A stretch of 62,984 nt of DNA, the filler included, from Asterionella formosa (lineage: Eukaryota), in the NCBI GenBank assembly GCA_002256025.1. It is 5 parts of 5 records of this genome, joined end to end, with 100 filler letters (N's around TTAATTAATTAA, not from the genome) between each part and the next. Parts side by side here need not be neighbours in the genome. Positions count along the whole stretch, not along the records: positions 57,417 to 59,205 come from NKIB01001182.1; positions 59,306 to 61,095 come from NKIB01001183.1; positions 61,196 to 62,984 come from NKIB01001185.1; 2 more parts are not named here. One strand, written 5' to 3'. Both the position numbers and the translations under genes were made by a program. Shown in pieces: positions 58,723-62,984 of the stretch (within the stretch, counting starts at the first letter, position 1; every line of letters begins with the position of its first letter). The notes beneath the pieces were generated by a model that was not told where the DNA came from, searched no databases, and worked only from the letters and a program-made list of their open reading frames with translations.

Positions 58723-59032
58723 ATGGCCGAAGAAGGAAGCGACGAAAAGATCACCATTACGTGCGGAACGAGAGAAATCGCTTACGACGCCAAGTCTGGA
58801 CAATTCTTTGAGACTAACTTGCAGGAAGAAGAATGCATTCCTGACGAGGAATACTGTGTCGTCGATCCGGAAAGTGGGGAACTCATTCGTCTCACAGTAG
58901 CCGAAAAGGAGCGTATCTTTCTGGATGCGCTTCAGTCCTACGATGCCACTGGAAGGCAAGCTCAAGGATGATGAGTTTGACCTATTGAAGGAAGATTTGC
59001 AATGGAACGGATCTGACATGGTTGTCATGAAT
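58723..59032 (+). pseudogene. PGRL1: PGRL1 (PGR5-like 1) fragment, frameshifted and truncated
   Basis: EEYCVVD...LTVAEKERIFLDALQSY..GRQ, then in a shifted frame LKDDEFDLLKEDLQWNGSDMVVMN, matching PGRL1 (EFLQALQSFY...EEFDNLKEEL.WEGS.VV). Homology ends before the TM helices. Confidence 0.8.
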
Positions 59033-59205
59033 GTTTCTTCCTGTTTGTGATCAATATCCTATCGATCCATTCGTTCTTGCAAATGTTTTACTCGATGCCA
59101 CCAGTCGAAACGATTGAGGTAATGAGTAGATATTGGCAGGACGCGCAGACGTTGGAGATATATAGAAATAACAGCCTCTGCAAATGCATTGTTTCATAGA
59201 TACGA

Positions 59206-59305
59206 NNNNNNNNNNNNNNNNNNNNNNNNNNNNNNNNNNNNNNNNNNNNTTAATTAATTAANNNNNNNNNNNNNNNNNNNNNNNNNNNNNNNNNNNNNNN
59301 NNNNN
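59206..59305. other. Artificial contig spacer
   Basis: N44-TTAATTAATTAA-N44. Confidence 0.98.
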
Positions 59306-59459
59306 TCTCAGTCCGAAAAGACCCCAGGGTACGTTGCCGCTTCATTACACATATTCTGATTGGTTGAATTGTGTACTTACCTGCTCCAGATGGGCTGAAG
59401 TATTCCGGTCTTGTAAAATCACGCCAGCCACATTTGAACCACATGTATTGGATGCACTG
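59306..59459. repeat. Dispersed repeat / TIR end (copy of 21170-21330)
   Basis: Reverse-complement homology. Ends ...GTATTGGATGCACTG followed by TA. Confidence 0.7.
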
Positions 59460-59672
59460 TATACCAGCAGGGACAATCAGTACCGGTACACCGGTACTAG
59501 TTTCAACCTGTCTTCCATTGTCATGAAGCGAGATTATGTACTGCCGGTACACCGGTACCAGAGTACTCTGGTACTTCGGTACCTGGTATCAGGTACCGTA
59601 CTGATTTTTATCAAGCCTACATTCAGCAGCTTAGATTCAATATAACGTACAAACACGAACCATGAGCATACA

Positions 59673-60101
59673 TGTTAAATTGTCTAGTTTAAATATCACA
59701 GATCTTACTTTTAAGATCTCTAAAGCTGAAAACGTATTTTCACTTTACACTTTGTAATATTGTGAGCTTTCTGTTAATAGTCTATCTAGTCTTGTTCTTG
59801 CCTGATTACTCATGTAATCCCGAACAAGACTTCTCACACTTTCCTTGATCCCGTCAAAATGATCTTGCTTACTTTGACAATAAGTAAGCATATTCATTTG
59901 ACAATAAGTGAGCAGCACTTATTCTTTTGACAATAAGTGAGAATCTGATTCACTTGTCAATAAGTAACATCTCCAGTCATTTGTCAATAAGTAAACATCT
60001 CCAGTCATTTGTCAATAAATGTCGAGATGTTTTGGGTCTTGGTTTCTAATCACTACTAAGAATATTGATTCTCGATTCGTTGGATTCCATATATTTTATC
60101 A
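59673..60101 (-). mobile_element. Putative 3' LTR of Copia element
   Basis: On the minus strand it starts TGATAAAAT directly after the purine tract AGGGAGGG and ends ATTTAACA. Internal TTGACAATAAGT / TTGTCAATAAGT repeats. Confidence 0.65.
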
Positions 60102-61095
60102 CCCTCCCTGATCTCGAAACCAACAATCCATGGTCCCATTCATAATGTGGGTTGCATGAGTGTCATGAATTTTCTGCGTGACATTCTTTGAAAGTAGGTC
60201 TGCAGGATTCTTTAAAGTATTCATATAGTCAACTCTAATATCCCCAGCCTTCACCTTTTCTCGAATGAAATGATATCTTACATCAATGTGCTTAGTTCGT
60301 GAACCAACCTGCTGATTCTTTGATAGAAAAATCGCACCTGTATTGTCTTCTGCAATGATACTGGGCATTTCCACGTATTCATTTTCATTGAGTAGATTCA
60401 TTATAAAAGTAGTTTCCTTTGATCCATCTGATAGAGCCACATACTCTGCTTCAGTGCTGGAAACAGTAACAATCTTCTGTCCTTTCGAAATCCAATTCAC
60501 TAGCGATGCACCACCAATCGTACCCAAATATGCACTTGTCGATTTCCTTGTATCTGGATTGTCCCCAAATGAGCTGTCTACCACGTCTTGAACTCGTAAT
60601 TCATGTGGTGGTCTCATTTTTAATTTTCTGTTCCTTTCATCAGTTGCAATGAAACCTAACAAACGTTCAACAGCACTCCAATGGGCATCACCTGGATTCT
60701 CTAAATGTTGAGAAAGTTCACGACATGCATTCGCGCATATTGGTCCAACTTTCTTCACAAAATACAACAATTTTCCAACCATTGAACGATATTCTTTATG
60801 GAGAATCACTTTGTCTGGATTCATTCTGAGAACAATTCCTGGAAATGCTGGGGTTGATGCATCTCTTGGATACTTTCCAAAAATATCATGATAATCTTGG
60901 AGCATAACATGCACAAAATCCTCCATGCTCGACTCCAAGTAGCGTCCCACTTTATCTTGGCCCCAATCGTACCACACTCCCAAATGCTTCTTCAAAGGGC
61001 CAAGCTCCTTAATTGTGAAGTGTTTCTTGATTTCATTTTTGAACCATTTAATATCATTTGGCTTTCCAGCAATTGCACAATCATCGACATGTGTG
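60099..61095 (-). mobile_element. Ty1/Copia pol C-terminus (RT end + RNase H), open frame, cut by gap
   Basis: HVDDC at the gap edge, YRSMVGKLLY, DSSFGDNPDTRKSTS, SSTEAEY, EDNTGAI, RTKHIDVRYHFIRE, NPADLLSK. Confidence 0.95.
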
Positions 61096-61195
61096 NNNNN
61101 NNNNNNNNNNNNNNNNNNNNNNNNNNNNNNNNNNNNNNNTTAATTAATTAANNNNNNNNNNNNNNNNNNNNNNNNNNNNNNNNNNNNNNNNNNNN
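61096..61195. other. Artificial contig spacer
   Basis: N44-TTAATTAATTAA-N44. Confidence 0.98.
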
Positions 61196-61923
61196 CGTAG
61201 GGTTCTACTTCTCCCTCGGTCAATAGCAGCGGAGGGAGAACATGAGAATGTGGCACTGACTGCTGAGTTTGACCGTAGAAACTACTTCCAGATGATGTTG
61301 TTCCAGAAATGGTGTCTCGGTCGACTGACTTTAGAGCATCATCGTCAGCATGCTCTTGTTCTCCTGTCGCATTATTTCCACTAAACCGTTCCCGGGTATC
61401 AGTGGCGTACAACAGGATGGCACAAACAATGACGGACGAGGAAATTCCCACAAAAATTGCTGGGATCGTTCTGATAACTGGAGACGAGCCTTTTATGGAA
61501 CTAACGGGTTCGTTTTCTGGGATGGTGGGTGCCTCAGTGGTGAAGGGACCAGTTGGTGTTGACGTTGGGGTGGGTGAAGTCATGGGCGAAATATTGAACT
61601 GAAAACAAGAAAAAGGTTGAGAACACGAGATATCACCAAGTAATAATGCAAAGAAACTGAGGTCAAGTGGACAAGCTTACCGTAGCAATCACTTCAGAGA
61701 GTCGGCGACGAGCTTGACCTCGAAGCAACGTTGGTACAGTCGAGTCGCCAAATTCGTTGTCAAGAAGGTGAAATTCATGGTTAAAATCCTGAACAGATCG
61801 AAATATTTTCTCCACCACAGCTTTTGGCTGGGGGACAGCAAACGCAATAATCAATGCAGCAGAGAAGCAAGCGAACAGCAGGCCTGTGAGGGCCAACGCA
61901 ACTTGAACCTGTCCGTTTCTCAT
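61196..61923 (-). CDS. Membrane protein with signal peptide, RRRL motif, Thr/Pro stalk and TM; exons 61923-61681 and 61598-gap
   Basis: Hydrophobic N-terminus and LLRGQARRRLSE. A GTAAGC...TTTTCAG intron (61680-61599) joins in frame to FNISPMTSPTPTSTPT. TM segment IPAIFVGISSSVIVCAILLY. Confidence 0.75.
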
Positions 61924-62119
61924 TTTGAATAATTATGACTACATCGTCAACACTAAATTAGGAGCAGGATCGGGAAGGGAAGGAGAGTAAACGCAGATTA
62001 CCGGGGAGTCGACTGCATCGTTTCAACTCAGCTTCCCTCTTCCAAAGAGTATCGGTATACCGATAATACCCTACACAAAAAGCAATCCAAGAAAATGGAG
62101 TCGTTGTGATCTATCATGA

Positions 62120-62520
62120 TCCGTGTCCCGGTACCTGGTACCGGTACCAGGTACTCTGTTCTCGTTTCTTGGCTGTATGTATGGAGTTTTAACCTGCGGT
62201 TCGCCACAATAAGTACTGCATGCCCATAGAAAGTACCAGGTACCCTGGTACCTGGTACCAAGTACTTGTATCTTTGATCTACCTGGTACCTGGTACCTGA
62301 TACCTGTTTACTTACCGGTATATACTTAAAGGTGGATTATACCAGTTGTGCAATTCACTAGACTACCAGGTACTGGTTCCTGGTACCAGGGTGCCACAGC
62401 TATACCTGGTACGTATTCCATGCATTGTACCGGTACTCAGGTTGTTCTTACCTGTACTTCTAAGAAATGGTGGCACCCCGCCTGGTACCAGGTACCACCT
62501 GGGTATGAGGTTCCAGCTGC
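62120..62520. repeat. (GGTACCW)n / TACCGGTA array
   Basis: GGTACCTGGTACCGGTACCAGGTAC and similar runs upstream of the 61923 gene. Confidence 0.9.
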
Positions 62521-62984
62521 GACTACACCATGGGAGTACGAGGTGCCTGTATATCAATCCGTAGTGCACGCATTCCCGGTGAGACCGGTAGGCAGTCCAA
62601 TCGAGAAAGCAATCTTACTTGATTGCAGGAAATAAAACAAAGCTTTTTGTCACCAGCATCACTCCTCACCTAGAATACTTTATAAGGGATACCAAGGGAC
62701 TATCAGTAGTTACCATTCGCCCACTAGGATTGGGTGTTGCCATAGTACCAAACATTGAATATAGGAGATCCAATGCGTCATAAAACGACAAACTGGGACC
62801 ACAACGGAGGAAACGCACGAGTTGAGGGTATCAAAAACTGGAGTTGAGAATTTAGGCCATTGTTGCATTCTGATCGCTTCGAAGGGGACAGTCACAACGC
62901 AACTTTCTAGCCTTAAGAATTCATTGTTTCATCATTCTAATATGCTGACCCATAATCCGTCAATCCATGGTTCCACCTCTTGCA

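Overview
Eukaryotic nuclear DNA, almost certainly from a diatom: it carries a frustulin-type ACR domain, CoDi-type Copia fragments, bipartite plastid-targeting N-termini and short GT-AG introns. The window is five contigs joined by artificial N44-TTAATTAATTAA-N44 spacers, so adjacency across the spacers is meaningless. Apparently intact genes encode an ankyrin/coiled-coil protein, an ATP-grasp enzyme, a fucosyltransferase-like protein, a secreted ricin-like plus frustulin-ACR protein, a DUF3431-like type II membrane protein, a ~2360-aa PHD/PDZ-like/WHIM chromatin protein, LETM1, a secreted two-domain Cys-rich protein and an LRR receptor-like protein. Three more genes (an ArfGAP and two signal-peptide genes) are cut by gaps. 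A disrupted ARM-repeat gene, a PGRL1 fragment and many decayed transposons (piggyBac, PIF/Harbinger-like, Copia, Gypsy, LINE, MITEs) lie between them. The most notable observations are: a perfect 16-nt inverted match between the LTR and the primer-binding-site position of a Copia fragment (possible Tf1-like self-priming); (GGTACCW)n/TACCGGTA palindromic arrays repeatedly 5' of genes; one-LRR-per-exon phase-1 cassettes; and a PHD finger apparently split by a PDZ-like insert. No multi-gene novel system is clearly supported. All family assignments come from motif recognition by eye, not database searches.
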